NCBI GenBank assembly: GCA_964372275.1 | Contig: CAYJRR010000004.1 | Coordinates: forward strand, 7,113-71,112 | Direction: 5' to 3' | Length of the DNA stretch: 64,000 bases | Source: an uncultured bacterium | GTDB taxonomy: Bacteria > CAYJRR01 | Shown here: in pieces, positions 22,295-32,484 of the stretch | Layout of the letters: each line of letters opens with the position of its first letter | Numbering within the stretch: position 1 is the first letter of the stretch | Notes under the pieces: model-generated | The model's database searches: none | What the model was told of the DNA's origin: nothing | What the model saw: only the letters and a program-made list of their open reading frames with translations | Made by a program: the position numbers and the translations under genes

Positions 22295-23575
22295 ATGCGT
22301 CTCGCAACCACCACCCTGCTCGCGCTTTCGCTGTCGGCGGCGGCGTGCGACGGGGGGAGCGACCGCCCGAGCAAGGGGAAGGTGACGGTGCGCGTCCTGG
22401 AAGACGGGATCGGACTCGCCGGCGTCGACGTCGTCTTCCACGGAAAGGACGGGGAGGTGCTCGCCTACCTGGCGACCGGTTCCGACGGCACCGCCTCCTA
22501 TGCCGACACGCCGCGCGGGGGGATCGTGACCGTCGCACGCGACGACGAGGGCGGGGACTGGGATCTGGACAGCGTCGGCGGGGTCGAGCCCGGAGACGAG
22601 ATCGTCTTCTCGAGCGGCGGTGCCGACGAGGACGTGGTCGTGTCGACGCTCGAGGTCACGATTTCGCCGTTCGCTGGCGCCGCGCGGTACGACCTCCTCG
22701 CCGGATGCACCGACGTCGGGATCGTCGGCACCTCCGGCGAGATGGAGATCCGCGCGCCGTGCGTCGACCAGGAGACGATCGACCTCGTCGCGCTCGCCTA
22801 CGACGACGACGACGCGGTTCTCGCCCACGCCGTCGTCCGTGACCACCCGGTGGCGACGACGTCGGTCGGGATCGACGACTGGAGCACCGACACCACGACC
22901 GTCGGTTACGCCGTGGAGGAGATCGACGGCGACGTCTTCACCGGCTTCGGAACGATCTCGTTGGTCGACGCCGGAGGTGAATACCGGGTCTACGAGGACG
23001 AGGCCGCGCCGGTCGGCGACCGGATCGAGTTCTCCGGGCCGATGATCGCCGGGTTCGGCGCGTCGGCCGTCCGGTCGATCGCGATCGCCGCCGGAACGGA
23101 GGACTCGCTCTCGGGCTACGCGGTGGTCGCGGAGGGGCTGGATCTGCCGCTTCCCGCCTCCGACGCGCTTCCGTACTCGGAGTTCCTGCCGATTCTGCAA
23201 GGCCTCACCGTCGACACTTCGCAGTCACCGGTGCGACCCACCCTTGCCTGGACCGACGTTTCGCTCGGCGGCGCCGACGCGTTGACGGCGATCGCCGAGT
23301 GGGACGAAGGGGAGACGCGCACGTCGTGGGCCTTCACCGCCCCTCCGTCGAGCGGATCGGACGGGCGCCTGCGGTTCCCCCAGCTTCCTCCGGAGCTCCT
23401 GTTCGCCGTTCCGACCGGCATCGCGATCGTGCCGGCGATCACCCTGATCGACGTCTCCGTCTACGGCGGCTTCCAGGACCTGAAGGACGCCGCGTACGCC
23501 GGAGAAGAGACCGATTTCGGCGAGATCATCCCGGTTGGGGAACGGTTCCGGATCTCGGTCACGGGCGACCTCTAG
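22295..23575 (+). CDS. lipoprotein, hypothetical (Asp/Gly/Val-rich beta protein)
   Basis: ATG at 22295 with a GGCGGAGG ribosome-binding site. Lipobox LLALSLSAAAC. 426 aa. Confidence 0.65.
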   Translation: MRLATTTLLALSLSAAACDGGSDRPSKGKVTVRVLEDGIGLAGVDVVFHGKDGEVLAYLATGSDGTASYADTPRGGIVTVARDDEGGDWDLDSVGGVEPGDEIVFSSGGADEDVVVSTLEVTISPFAGAARYDLLAGCTDVGIVGTSGEMEIRAPCVDQETIDLVALAYDDDDAVLAHAVVRDHPVATTSVGIDDWSTDTTTVGYAVEEIDGDVFTGFGTISLVDAGGEYRVYEDEAAPVGDRIEFSGPMIAGFGASAVRSIAIAAGTEDSLSGYAVVAEGLDLPLPASDALPYSEFLPILQGLTVDTSQSPVRPTLAWTDVSLGGADALTAIAEWDEGETRTSWAFTAPPSSGSDGRLRFPQLPPELLFAVPTGIAIVPAITLIDVSVYGGFQDLKDAAYAGEETDFGEIIPVGERFRISVTGDL

Positions 23576-23585
23576 GGCTCGCCGG

Positions 23586-26372
23586 ATGAGAAGGAGCCTC
23601 CTGCCGATCGTCGCCGCGACCGCGCTCCTCCAGGGGTGCCCGCTGCCCGACCGGGACAATCCGTTCGATCCGGCGTCGAACGCGTATCCCACCGCCCGGC
23701 TGAGCGTCCGGGTCCGCGGAGTCGACGGCGTGGAACGGGTCTCGCTCTCGGGAACGAGGAACGAGACGTTCGTCTTGGACGCCCGCGCCAGCTCCGTCGA
23801 CAACGGAACACCGCTGACCTACGCATGGGAAACCGACGACGCCTGGGACGCGGGGGATCCCGACGACTTCGACCGCCTTTCGAACGAAGGGCCGGGCGTC
23901 TTGGCCACGCCGCTCGCGCTGACCTCCGCCATGCTCGTCGCCCACGGCTTCGACGGCGGCGTCGGTTCCGCCACCCGTCGTGTCCGGGTACGCGTCACCG
24001 CCGGCGTCGGAGGACCGACCTCGATCGCCAGCGTTTCGGTCGTCGTGCGCAACGATGGACCGGCGGTGGCCGGCGAATCGGAGCCGTGGTTCGTCGCCCC
24101 GGGAAATCCGCCGAGCATGGTGACGCTCGACGCCTGCGGGCTCGTGTTCCGGAGCGATCGCTGCCGCGTCTCCGACCCGGACGGCGATTCGCTGACGTTC
24201 CAGTGGGAACAGACGCGGGGGACCCCGGTGACGCTGATCCCGATGGAAGGTGGGCGGCGCGCGCGGTTCGGACCGGGGAACACGATCGACCCACGCGGCT
24301 ACGAGTTCGAATTCACCGCGAGCGACGGGCTCGCCTCGGCACACGGAACGGTCGAGGTGCTGGCGGGCAGCCCGATGTGGTACGCGACCGCCAATCCCTC
24401 CCGGCTGGTGCGCGTCTTCCCCGAGTTCCGCGTCCACGACCGGCTGCGGAAGACCGACGGCTCGCTCGTCGCCTGGAACGGAACGGTCTGGTCGGCGGCG
24501 ACCGAGGAGGAGTCTCCGGGGGTCGTCCGCTTCTGGGCCAGCGACGACTACACCACATACCGGATCCGGTCGAACGTCTCGGAGATCACCCGATGGTCGG
24601 TGCCGGCGACGTCGATCGCCCCCGCCGGCGGCGGGCGCGCCTGCGTCTCCAGTTACGACGGCATCCACTCGCTGCGCGCCAACGGCACCTCGGTGCGGGT
24701 GGCGACCTCGGACGGCCTCGAGTTCGCCGGCCGGGTCGTCCCCGCCGGACCGGGCGCCTGCTGGACGCTCGTGACCGACGGTTCGCAGACGCTGGAACTC
24801 GGCCGCCTGGTGCCGGCGACCGACAGCTACACGCCGATTGCGAGCGATCTCGAGTATCCGGTGAACGGCGGAAACCCCGAGTGGCGCGGGCGCGAGATCG
24901 CGGTCGGGACGGCCGACGGCGGCGCGTGGTTGGCGCTCGGCGACGGCCTGTACCGCGTGCCGCCCGGCGCGCTCTCCGCCGGAGATCTGCTCGGACCCGA
25001 CGACCCGATTCCGCCGGACGGATACCTTTCGCTGTCGGTGAACGCCGATGCGTTGGCGCTGGAGCCGGACGGAATGACGGTGATGGCCCACCGCTACGGC
25101 GGCTCGGAGTGGTTCCGGCGCCACTCGGACGGACGCGACGGAGGGGAGGTCGTGGGCCTGCCGACGGTCACGCTTCCCGGACCCGCCGTCACCGACGTCG
25201 CCGGCTCGTCCGTGCTGATCGCCGACCAGTCGGGCCTCCTGCACCGGTGCCGATTGGAGGACGGCGTGGCCTCGGGATGTCGCTCCGTCGTCGGCGACGA
25301 GGCGGTCGACGCGTCGGGCGCGTCCTGGAACGACCTGGCCTTGGATCCCGTCTCGGCCGACGCGTTGGCCGCGATCCAGACCACCCCGGCGAACGGCCGT
25401 TACCTGGCGGTCGTGCCCACCCACGGACGGAAGCAGGTCGTCGTGCCGGTGCCGATCTCCTTCTCCACGCTCGCCCTTTCCCCCGATCCGACCTCCGGCG
25501 CGCTCTTCTACTCGGACCCGCCCGTGGTCGGGGAGGTCGGATTCCACGTCTACTCGCCCGACGGGGCCGTCCTGTCGAGCGGCTTCTCCTTCTCGACGAA
25601 CGAGCAGATCCGACCGTACCTCGTCACGGCGGTGACCGACGGCGGGGCGTGGATGGCCGGCCAGGGCGACGAGGAGTACCTGATCCGCGTCGATTCGCTC
25701 GGGGTCGAGACCGAACGCTACGAGCTGGGACAAGAGGCGATCGTCGCCGCGCTCTCGTCCTCCCCCGACGGCTCGACCGTCTGCATTGCGATCAACGGCG
25801 ATTTCTTCGACGGAACGCCTCCCCAGGAGCTGCTGCGCCGCCGACCCGACGGCGTTCTGGAGAGCCTCGGGACGAACCACTTCCAGTTGGGGAACGGCCG
25901 GCAGCGCGCGGCGGCGCACGCCGACGGGAGCTGCTGGTTCGGCGGCGACCTCTTTCCCGACTTCCGTGCCCTCCGGTTCGGACCGTCGTCGACCTCCATC
26001 GCCGGGAGCTACACCGCGCTCAACGACTCGGTCGACTACATGCGGTTCGCCGTCGACCCCCGCGACGGAACGTTGTGGATCGCGAACGGAAGCCAGGTCG
26101 GCGAAGGGAGCGAGGACCACGTCTTCCGCCTCTCGCTGACCGCGACCGTCACCGAGAACTACCCGTACTCCTCGGGCACCTGGCCGACGAGCGTCTACGA
26201 CCTGGCGATCCGAAAGCTGTGCGCCACCGCCAACGATCCGTCGTGCATCGAGGTGTGGCAGCTGTCGAGCAGCTCGGATGGAAAGCTGTACCGGAGCGAC
26301 GGGAGGATCGACAAACCGGTCGAATCGATGTCGGTCTCCGGGATCCCCTCGGCGCTCGGACTCGCACCGTGA
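23586..26372 (+). CDS. large lipoprotein with PKD-like domain
   Basis: ATG at 23586. Lipobox ATALLQGC. The motif DPDGDSLTFQWE is PKD-type. 928 aa of beta-rich sequence. Confidence 0.7.
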   Translation: MRRSLLPIVAATALLQGCPLPDRDNPFDPASNAYPTARLSVRVRGVDGVERVSLSGTRNETFVLDARASSVDNGTPLTYAWETDDAWDAGDPDDFDRLSNEGPGVLATPLALTSAMLVAHGFDGGVGSATRRVRVRVTAGVGGPTSIASVSVVVRNDGPAVAGESEPWFVAPGNPPSMVTLDACGLVFRSDRCRVSDPDGDSLTFQWEQTRGTPVTLIPMEGGRRARFGPGNTIDPRGYEFEFTASDGLASAHGTVEVLAGSPMWYATANPSRLVRVFPEFRVHDRLRKTDGSLVAWNGTVWSAATEEESPGVVRFWASDDYTTYRIRSNVSEITRWSVPATSIAPAGGGRACVSSYDGIHSLRANGTSVRVATSDGLEFAGRVVPAGPGACWTLVTDGSQTLELGRLVPATDSYTPIASDLEYPVNGGNPEWRGREIAVGTADGGAWLALGDGLYRVPPGALSAGDLLGPDDPIPPDGYLSLSVNADALALEPDGMTVMAHRYGGSEWFRRHSDGRDGGEVVGLPTVTLPGPAVTDVAGSSVLIADQSGLLHRCRLEDGVASGCRSVVGDEAVDASGASWNDLALDPVSADALAAIQTTPANGRYLAVVPTHGRKQVVVPVPISFSTLALSPDPTSGALFYSDPPVVGEVGFHVYSPDGAVLSSGFSFSTNEQIRPYLVTAVTDGGAWMAGQGDEEYLIRVDSLGVETERYELGQEAIVAALSSSPDGSTVCIAINGDFFDGTPPQELLRRRPDGVLESLGTNHFQLGNGRQRAAAHADGSCWFGGDLFPDFRALRFGPSSTSIAGSYTALNDSVDYMRFAVDPRDGTLWIANGSQVGEGSEDHVFRLSLTATVTENYPYSSGTWPTSVYDLAIRKLCATANDPSCIEVWQLSSSSDGKLYRSDGRIDKPVESMSVSGIPSALGLAP

Positions 26373-26386
26373 CGGAGGAGCGGCGC

Positions 26387-27439
26387 ATGCCCACCCGCGG
26401 AATCGGCGATCCCTATGGCACCCACCGCGTCCTGGCGCCGGCGGGGGTGCTGCCGCAGGCGGCGGAACGGCTCGACGCATCGCTTCCGATCTGGGACAAC
26501 GAGCTCCGTATCGACGTCCGCACGTTGAACCTCGACTCGGCCTCCTTCCGCCAGATGCTGGAGGCCTCCGGCGGGGACCGGCCCGCGGTGGGGAAACGCG
26601 TCGCGGAGACGGTCGCGGCGCGCGGGAAGCAACACAACCCGGCGACCGGCTCCGGCGGGATGCTGGTGGGAACGGTGGCGGAGGTCGGTCCCGACTACCG
26701 CGGAAGGCTCGCCGCCAAACCCGGCGACCGGGTGGCGACGCTCGTCTCGCTGACCCTGACCCCGCTCCACCTGCGACGCGTCGTCGGCGTGCGCCCGGAG
26801 GGGGAGATGATCGACGTCGAGGGGCACGCGATCCTGTTCGAAAGCGGGATCGGCGCGGTGTTGCCGGACGACCTTCCGGAACGGGTCGCGCTCGCCGTGC
26901 TCGACGTCTGCGGCGCCCCCGCCGAGGCGAGGCGCCTCGCGGCCGCCGACCGGACGATGGTCGTACTCGGCGGTGGCGGGAAGTCGGGGACGCTCGTCCT
27001 CGCCGAGGCGAGGCATGCGATGGGCCGCGGCGGCCCGGGCCGACTCCTGGCGCTCGACGCCACCGATTCCGCGATCGCTCGCATCGAGCGGTTGGGGCAC
27101 GCCGATGCCGCGCGGAAGGTCGACGCGCGCGATGCGCTGGCGGTACGCGGCGCCGTCGCCGACCTTACCGGCGGCGTCATGGCCGACGTCGTCGTCAACT
27201 GCGCAAACGTTTCGGGAACGGAGATGGCGTCGATCCTCGCTGCCAAGCAGACGGGGGTCGTCCATTTCTTCTCCACCGCGACCTCCTTCACCGGCGCCCA
27301 ACTCGGCGCGGAAGGGGTCGGCCACGGCGCGCTCCTCGTGATCGGCAACGGCTACGTTCCGGGCCACGCCGATCTCGCGCTCGAGCTGTTGCGGCGGGAT
27401 CGCGCGGTGCGGGAGCTGTTCGAACGTGAGTACGCCTGA
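26387..27439 (+). CDS. kdd: L-erythro-3,5-diaminohexanoate dehydrogenase
   Basis: ATG at 26387 with a GACGGAGGAG ribosome-binding site. 350 aa. Kdd-type N-terminus (PYGTHRVLAPAGVLPQAAERLDASLPIWDNELRIDVRTLNLDSASFRQ), and a VVLGGGGKSGTLV Rossmann motif. Confidence 0.8.
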   Translation: MPTRGIGDPYGTHRVLAPAGVLPQAAERLDASLPIWDNELRIDVRTLNLDSASFRQMLEASGGDRPAVGKRVAETVAARGKQHNPATGSGGMLVGTVAEVGPDYRGRLAAKPGDRVATLVSLTLTPLHLRRVVGVRPEGEMIDVEGHAILFESGIGAVLPDDLPERVALAVLDVCGAPAEARRLAAADRTMVVLGGGGKSGTLVLAEARHAMGRGGPGRLLALDATDSAIARIERLGHADAARKVDARDALAVRGAVADLTGGVMADVVVNCANVSGTEMASILAAKQTGVVHFFSTATSFTGAQLGAEGVGHGALLVIGNGYVPGHADLALELLRRDRAVRELFEREYA

Positions 27440-28439
27440 CGACGTCCTCCGCATCTTCTGCGAGATCGGGCGCGCGATGGCGCGAGGGCACGGCTACGAC
27501 CCGCTGATCCGCGCCGTCGTCCGCGCGTCGACCTCCCTCACCGACGCCGACGCCGGGAGCGTCCTGGTGCTCGACCCCGCCACCGGAAATCTGATCTACC
27601 GCAGCGGGCACCGGATGACCGGGCCCGAACGGACGATCTCCTTCGCGCCGGGCGAAGGGGTCGCCGGCTGGGTGGCGCTCCACGGCCGGTCGGCACGCGT
27701 CGCCGACGTGGCCCGCGACCGCCGCTTCGTGAAGAAGAGCGGCCAGCGCCGCGCCATCGGCTCGCTGCTCTGCGTCCCGGTAACGGTGCGGAGCAAGGCC
27801 GTCGGCGTCTTGACCGTCACCTCGGCGAAACGGAACGCCTTCGCCCGGCTCCATACGCGCCTGCTGACGGCGCTTGCCGGTCAGGTGGCGCTCGACCTGG
27901 AGAACGTGCGGCTGGAGGCCTTGGCCACGCGCGATCCGCTCACCGGGATCGCCAACCGCCGGCGTTTCGACGAGCGCCTCGACCAGCTCCTCGCCGAAGG
28001 GCGGCCTGCGCGGGCGCCGATCGCGGTGCTGATGCTCGACCTCGACCGTTTCAAATCGATCAACGACCGGCACGGCCATCCGGCCGGGGACGCGGTCCTG
28101 CAACAGGCGGTGCAGCGGTGGACCGACTCGCTGCGCGGGAACGACCTGCTCGCCCGTATGGGCGGCGAGGAGTTCGGACTCCTGCTCCCCGGCGCAGACA
28201 GCCGCCGCGCGGTCGAGGTGGCGGAGCGCCTGCGCGCGCGCGTCGAGCACCGCCCGTTCCGGGTGAGGCGGCTCTCGATCGCGGTCACCGTCTCGGTCGG
28301 AGTCGCCGTCTCGCCGCGCGGCGCCGGAACACCCGGCCGGCTCCTCGCCGACGCCGACCGGGCGCTCTACGCCGCCAAGGAGGGTGGCCGCAACCGCGTC
28401 GTCCTCGCCCGTCGCGGGGGTCACTCCGTGACGGCGTAG
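27426..28439 (+). CDS. GAF domain-containing diguanylate cyclase (GGDEF)
   Basis: GTG at 27426 overlaps the kdd stop. N-terminal GAF domain. The GGDEF active site is RMGGEEFGLLL, and the inhibitory site RxxD is also present. Confidence 0.8.
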   Translation: MSTPDDVLRIFCEIGRAMARGHGYDPLIRAVVRASTSLTDADAGSVLVLDPATGNLIYRSGHRMTGPERTISFAPGEGVAGWVALHGRSARVADVARDRRFVKKSGQRRAIGSLLCVPVTVRSKAVGVLTVTSAKRNAFARLHTRLLTALAGQVALDLENVRLEALATRDPLTGIANRRRFDERLDQLLAEGRPARAPIAVLMLDLDRFKSINDRHGHPAGDAVLQQAVQRWTDSLRGNDLLARMGGEEFGLLLPGADSRRAVEVAERLRARVEHRPFRVRRLSIAVTVSVGVAVSPRGAGTPGRLLADADRALYAAKEGGRNRVVLARRGGHSVTA

Positions 28440-29332
28440 TCGATCGGGCTCTCGGCAAAGGCGCAGTCGTCGTAATCGATGCGGTCGGTCGCCGACGGAC
28501 TCTCGTCGCCGGCGAGCCCCTCGATCCAGCAGGCGATCGCCACGTAGGCGGCGTTGGTCAGCGGCGCGTTGGCGAGGGGCATGCGGCTGCCCGGGACGGT
28601 GGCGGTGATCCGCCCCCAGAGGTAGCTCCGCTCCGGGGAGCCGGGATAGATCAGCGCGCCCGCTTCGAGCCCGGCCTCCTCCGCCCCCCAGAACTCGTTG
28701 CCGTTCGGGTTTCCGCCGATCAGCGACTTCATCACCGGCGCGACGAGCGGCGGGACGAACTCGTCGTCGGCGCCGAGCGTCACCACCGCCTCCGCGGTTC
28801 CGGTCACCAGGGCGATCGACACGCCCCACTCCTCCGGGGGATTGAAGACGACGTTCCCCTCGGCGTCCTCGAACCGCGGCTGCTCCGACGCCGTGCTGGA
28901 GGGCGCGTCCCGCAGGCCCAGCTTCCAGGTCTTGGGTCCCACCGTCTCGACGTAGGCGATCTGGGTGACGAAGGCTCCCGCCTTCACTATGTCGGCGCGG
29001 CGCTCGCAGGCGTCCCAGCCCTGCGTCCGATCCGGAAGCTCGACGTTGCACGGCGCCTCGACGTAGGCCAGCGTGTTCCCCGCCGTCTCCAGGTTCGGGT
29101 AGTTGCTCGAGTTGTGGCAGACGTTCGGGTTGGGGCTGCACGTGCTGGAGAGCACGTTCTTCTGCAGGTCGAGGAAGCGGGGGAAGTTCGCGCGCGCCTC
29201 CCGGACGCTCGCCGGCTCGTTCGGATCGGGGGTCGGCGAGCCGCCGCCGTCCCCGGCCCCGCCGCTGCACGCGAAGGAGAGCGGGACGACCACCGCGAGC
29301 CACGACAGGGCGGGTCGGCGAACGTTCGTCAT
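28421..29332 (-). CDS. lipoprotein, hypothetical (Cys-containing)
   Basis: ATG at 29332. Signal/lipobox MTNVRRPALSWLAVVVPLSFAC. Its stop and start overlap with the next gene. The 169 upstream residues of the track ORF are Arg-rich junk. Confidence 0.6.
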   Translation of the reverse strand: MTNVRRPALSWLAVVVPLSFACSGGAGDGGGSPTPDPNEPASVREARANFPRFLDLQKNVLSSTCSPNPNVCHNSSNYPNLETAGNTLAYVEAPCNVELPDRTQGWDACERRADIVKAGAFVTQIAYVETVGPKTWKLGLRDAPSSTASEQPRFEDAEGNVVFNPPEEWGVSIALVTGTAEAVVTLGADDEFVPPLVAPVMKSLIGGNPNGNEFWGAEEAGLEAGALIYPGSPERSYLWGRITATVPGSRMPLANAPLTNAAYVAIACWIEGLAGDESPSATDRIDYDDCAFAESPIDYAVTE

Positions 29333-30699
29333 ACGAAGAGCTCCGCGATCGGCGCGTCCGACCAGTAGGGAGTAGGGGCGATTCCCAGGACGTCGAGAAT
29401 CGTCGAGAGCAGCTGTTTGCTGCTGTAGACCGTCCCGGTGGCGACCATCTGGTCGTCGCTGGAGCCGTACCGCTTTCCGCGATTCGCCGACGGGATCACC
29501 CCTCCCATCAGCGCGATCGCCTGGTTGCGGCAAGGACCCGGGAGGTAGCCGACGTGATCGCTTCCCGCCCCGGAGTTGAACCCCGTCTCCTCGGTGTTGT
29601 TGCGGGAGAACTCGCTCAGGACCACCACCAGCGTCTTGTCCCAGTAGGTTCCGCCGGTCGGATGGGGCATCGCCTTGAGCAGGTAGTTCAGGCCCGCCAG
29701 CTGACGCACGAGGTCCTTGCTGCGCGGGGCGTAGTTGAACTGCTCCCGGTCGTGCATGTCGTAGATGTCGCGGGTGACGACCGCGATCGGCGTGCCGAAC
29801 CCGAAGAAGCGCAGCGCCATCGCGACGTCGGCGCCCCACGAACGAAGGGACTGCTCATCGCCGATCGTCGAGAGGTCGTAGTCCCCGAGAACCTCCAGGA
29901 GCTGGGCATTGGTGAACCCGGCGTCGGTCCCGGTCGGGCTGCTCACGACGTTCAGCCGCGGGTCCTTGAGCATGTCGGCGAAGGTGGCGGCGTTCTGCTT
30001 CGACCCGAGGTAGTTGTTGAGGCGGAGGCGGAAGGTGCGGGGGCGGGTGTTCTTGAAGCGGGCGTCGACGGCCGCGCGCGCCGCCATCTTCCATCCCTTC
30101 CCGATCGGCTTGTCGGCGACGAAGGCGCTGTCCGCGCCGAAGACCGACAGGGGCCGGGTCTGGGCGTAGCTCCCGGTTCCGTTGCCGAACTCGGTCGGTC
30201 CGATCTCGACCGGCGGAACCGCGTCGAGGGTGAAACCGCCGGCGTACATCGGATGATCGCGCCCGATCAGCGACAGCAGCCCGCTTCCACCGTCCGGACT
30301 CCCGGTGCACATGCGGTAGGTCGCGGTGCGATGGTCGGTGTCGGCGATGCCGCCGGGGATGTGGTCGACGGAGGTCAGTACCGTGACCTCGTTCGAGATC
30401 GACGCGAACGAGGGGATCGACCCGAAGGAGTTCGTGACGATCGGGTCGGCGCCACAGGCGGCCCCCAGATCCCATTCGCGCCCGCCGAGCGGCGCTTGGA
30501 CCCCGAAGGGGTTGTGCTGCGTCGTGCCGACCGCGTTGAAGGTGGCGTGGCTCCGGAATCCGCCCTTGGCGAACAGCACCAGCACGTGCTCCGCCGCGCC
30601 GAAGGCGTCGGTCGCCCGCGCGAAGCGGGGCAGGAGCAGCGTCGGCGCAGCCGCCGACGTGAGGAGCGTCGTCTTCAGGAAGTCGCGGCGGGTGACCAT
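29329..30699 (-). CDS. TAT-secreted DUF1501/DUF1552-like protein (sulfatase-fold family)
   Basis: ATG at 30699. The twin-arginine motif is RRDFLKTTLL. 456 aa. Confidence 0.65.
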   Translation of the reverse strand: MVTRRDFLKTTLLTSAAAPTLLLPRFARATDAFGAAEHVLVLFAKGGFRSHATFNAVGTTQHNPFGVQAPLGGREWDLGAACGADPIVTNSFGSIPSFASISNEVTVLTSVDHIPGGIADTDHRTATYRMCTGSPDGGSGLLSLIGRDHPMYAGGFTLDAVPPVEIGPTEFGNGTGSYAQTRPLSVFGADSAFVADKPIGKGWKMAARAAVDARFKNTRPRTFRLRLNNYLGSKQNAATFADMLKDPRLNVVSSPTGTDAGFTNAQLLEVLGDYDLSTIGDEQSLRSWGADVAMALRFFGFGTPIAVVTRDIYDMHDREQFNYAPRSKDLVRQLAGLNYLLKAMPHPTGGTYWDKTLVVVLSEFSRNNTEETGFNSGAGSDHVGYLPGPCRNQAIALMGGVIPSANRGKRYGSSDDQMVATGTVYSSKQLLSTILDVLGIAPTPYWSDAPIAELFV

Positions 30700-30712
30700 C
30701 TTCGAGCTCCCC

Positions 30713-32332
30713 CTAGTAGAAGATCATCTCCGCGGAGCCCAAGAGCCCCACGCAGATCGAGTTCCTCAAGCCGGCCTCGGTGCACTCCTGCCCTTCGCAC
30801 GCCTCGGCCGCCGCCTCGTAGTCGGCGATCTCCTCCGCCGACGGACCACGTCCGAAGACCTGCTTCATCTGGTGCGTGAGGATCTTCGCCACCGTCTGCT
30901 CCCCCGACGGAGCGAGGTTCTGCGCCACGTATTCATCACAGAGCAGCTCGGCCAGCGACTCCTGGGTGAAGGCGAAGGCGAGCCCGGTCTGTTCCTGGCG
31001 CTGGTTCTGGTACCCGGGGCAGCCTCCGATCAGCCGCGCGACGTACACGTAGTCGTAGTTCGGATAGGCGCCGTCCTCGGTCTCGCGCCAGGGGAGCCGG
31101 CTCTCCTGCATCTCCCACAGGCGCCGGACGTCCGCCTGGTACTGCTCCAGGTCGATCGTGCCGTCGTCGTAGGCCTCGAAGAGGAAGAAGTAGGAGAAGC
31201 CGTCGGTGTAGCGCGGATCGCAGGTCCCGAGCTCGGCGGTGAGACGGCTCGCCGTGTCGAGCCAGTATTCGGCCGAACCCGCTTTCACCGGTCCGTGGGC
31301 GTAGATCTCGGGAACCGGCGCGGTCGGCGAATCGCCGAAGCCGTCGTCCTCCACCTTCGCCGACATGCGGTAGAGCCAGGAGGTCAGCAGAAGACGTTCC
31401 GCCGACGGGTAGCTGCCGGTCTTTTGGAGGTGCCGTGCGAGGACCTGCCGCACCTCCGGGAGCACGATCCCCGGCTCGCGCGGGAAGCGGCCGCCATCGC
31501 TCCAACCGAGGTAGCGGTTCAGGATCTCGTCGGCCGCCGCCTCCCAGAAGGCCGGCTGCCGGGTGAAGACCCGGCCCGCCTCGCGGATCGCGCTCCGCTG
31601 CGCCTCGTCCAGCTCCTCCCAGGCGACCCCTTCCGGCTCGGAGTCGTCGAACGGTTCCATGTCGATCGTGCCGCCGCCGAGCAGGTGCGCGGTGCAGGCG
31701 AAGAGCGGGTCGCACAGGAACGGCAGGATGCGCAGACCGACGCGGTAGGTGTATTCGAAGTCGGGATCCTGCTCGTAGTTCGGTACCAGCGGACGCCACA
31801 GGGAGGCGAGATCGGCCGCTTCGGCGTCGGAGGCACCGCGCCCGAGAAACGCTTCGAAGGCGATCCGCGTCCGGTCTTCGGGGTCGAAGACGTTGTTGAC
31901 GAAGCCGGGGTGGGTCAGGACCTCCTCGGCGAAGTCGTCGTAGCGAAGGTTGCCGCGGTGGAGATCGTCGACCCTCGCGTACAGCTCCTTCAGGTAGCGC
32001 CAGTCGGCGGTGACGTCGGTGGTGCGCAGGCGGTCGCGCCAATGCCGCTCCGAGACGAGGAGATACGCCTCGCGTCCCTGGAACCGCTTGGCGATCTCGT
32101 AGACGCTGCGGCCTTTGCACTCCGACGACACCTCGGCGGCGGTCGGCGAACGGCCGAGCAGGTCGGCGAAGAGTCGCCGGCAGATCTCGCCGGTGGAAGC
32201 CGCTCGGGGATCGATCCCCTTGGCGTCGAAGATCGGCGCCATCACCGCGTCGATGGCGTTCTCGTCGGAGTCCGGGGAACCGCACGCGAGCGTCGACGTC
32301 GCAACGGCGAGGAACAGGACCGCTCTTTTCAC
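30713..32332 (-). CDS. lipoprotein, hypothetical (partner of the DUF1501-like protein)
   Basis: The likely start is GTG at 32332, preceded by a GGAGGGG ribosome-binding site; an ATG at 32368 is the alternative. Lipobox VATSTLAC. About 540 aa. Confidence 0.55.
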   Translation of the reverse strand: MKRAVLFLAVATSTLACGSPDSDENAIDAVMAPIFDAKGIDPRAASTGEICRRLFADLLGRSPTAAEVSSECKGRSVYEIAKRFQGREAYLLVSERHWRDRLRTTDVTADWRYLKELYARVDDLHRGNLRYDDFAEEVLTHPGFVNNVFDPEDRTRIAFEAFLGRGASDAEAADLASLWRPLVPNYEQDPDFEYTYRVGLRILPFLCDPLFACTAHLLGGGTIDMEPFDDSEPEGVAWEELDEAQRSAIREAGRVFTRQPAFWEAAADEILNRYLGWSDGGRFPREPGIVLPEVRQVLARHLQKTGSYPSAERLLLTSWLYRMSAKVEDDGFGDSPTAPVPEIYAHGPVKAGSAEYWLDTASRLTAELGTCDPRYTDGFSYFFLFEAYDDGTIDLEQYQADVRRLWEMQESRLPWRETEDGAYPNYDYVYVARLIGGCPGYQNQRQEQTGLAFAFTQESLAELLCDEYVAQNLAPSGEQTVAKILTHQMKQVFGRGPSAEEIADYEAAAEACEGQECTEAGLRNSICVGLLGSAEMIFY

Positions 32333-32484
32333 GAGCCCCTCCGGTCGCTTGGATACAGCCGTCACCATTCTGCCACGAGCCGCCTTCTTCCTACGTCGGG
32401 TGCAGCCTCGGGGCCAAGGGCCCTAACCTCGCGCCGAATTGACGAATCGGGCGCGTCGGGGAGAATGCGGCGGCGGAGGCTTCC

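Noticed and set aside
23559-26480. 973-aa minus-strand ORF antisense to the large PKD lipoprotein gene
   Set aside because: Extreme Arg/Gly/Asp/Pro composition with no motifs. This is a typical high-GC antisense open frame.
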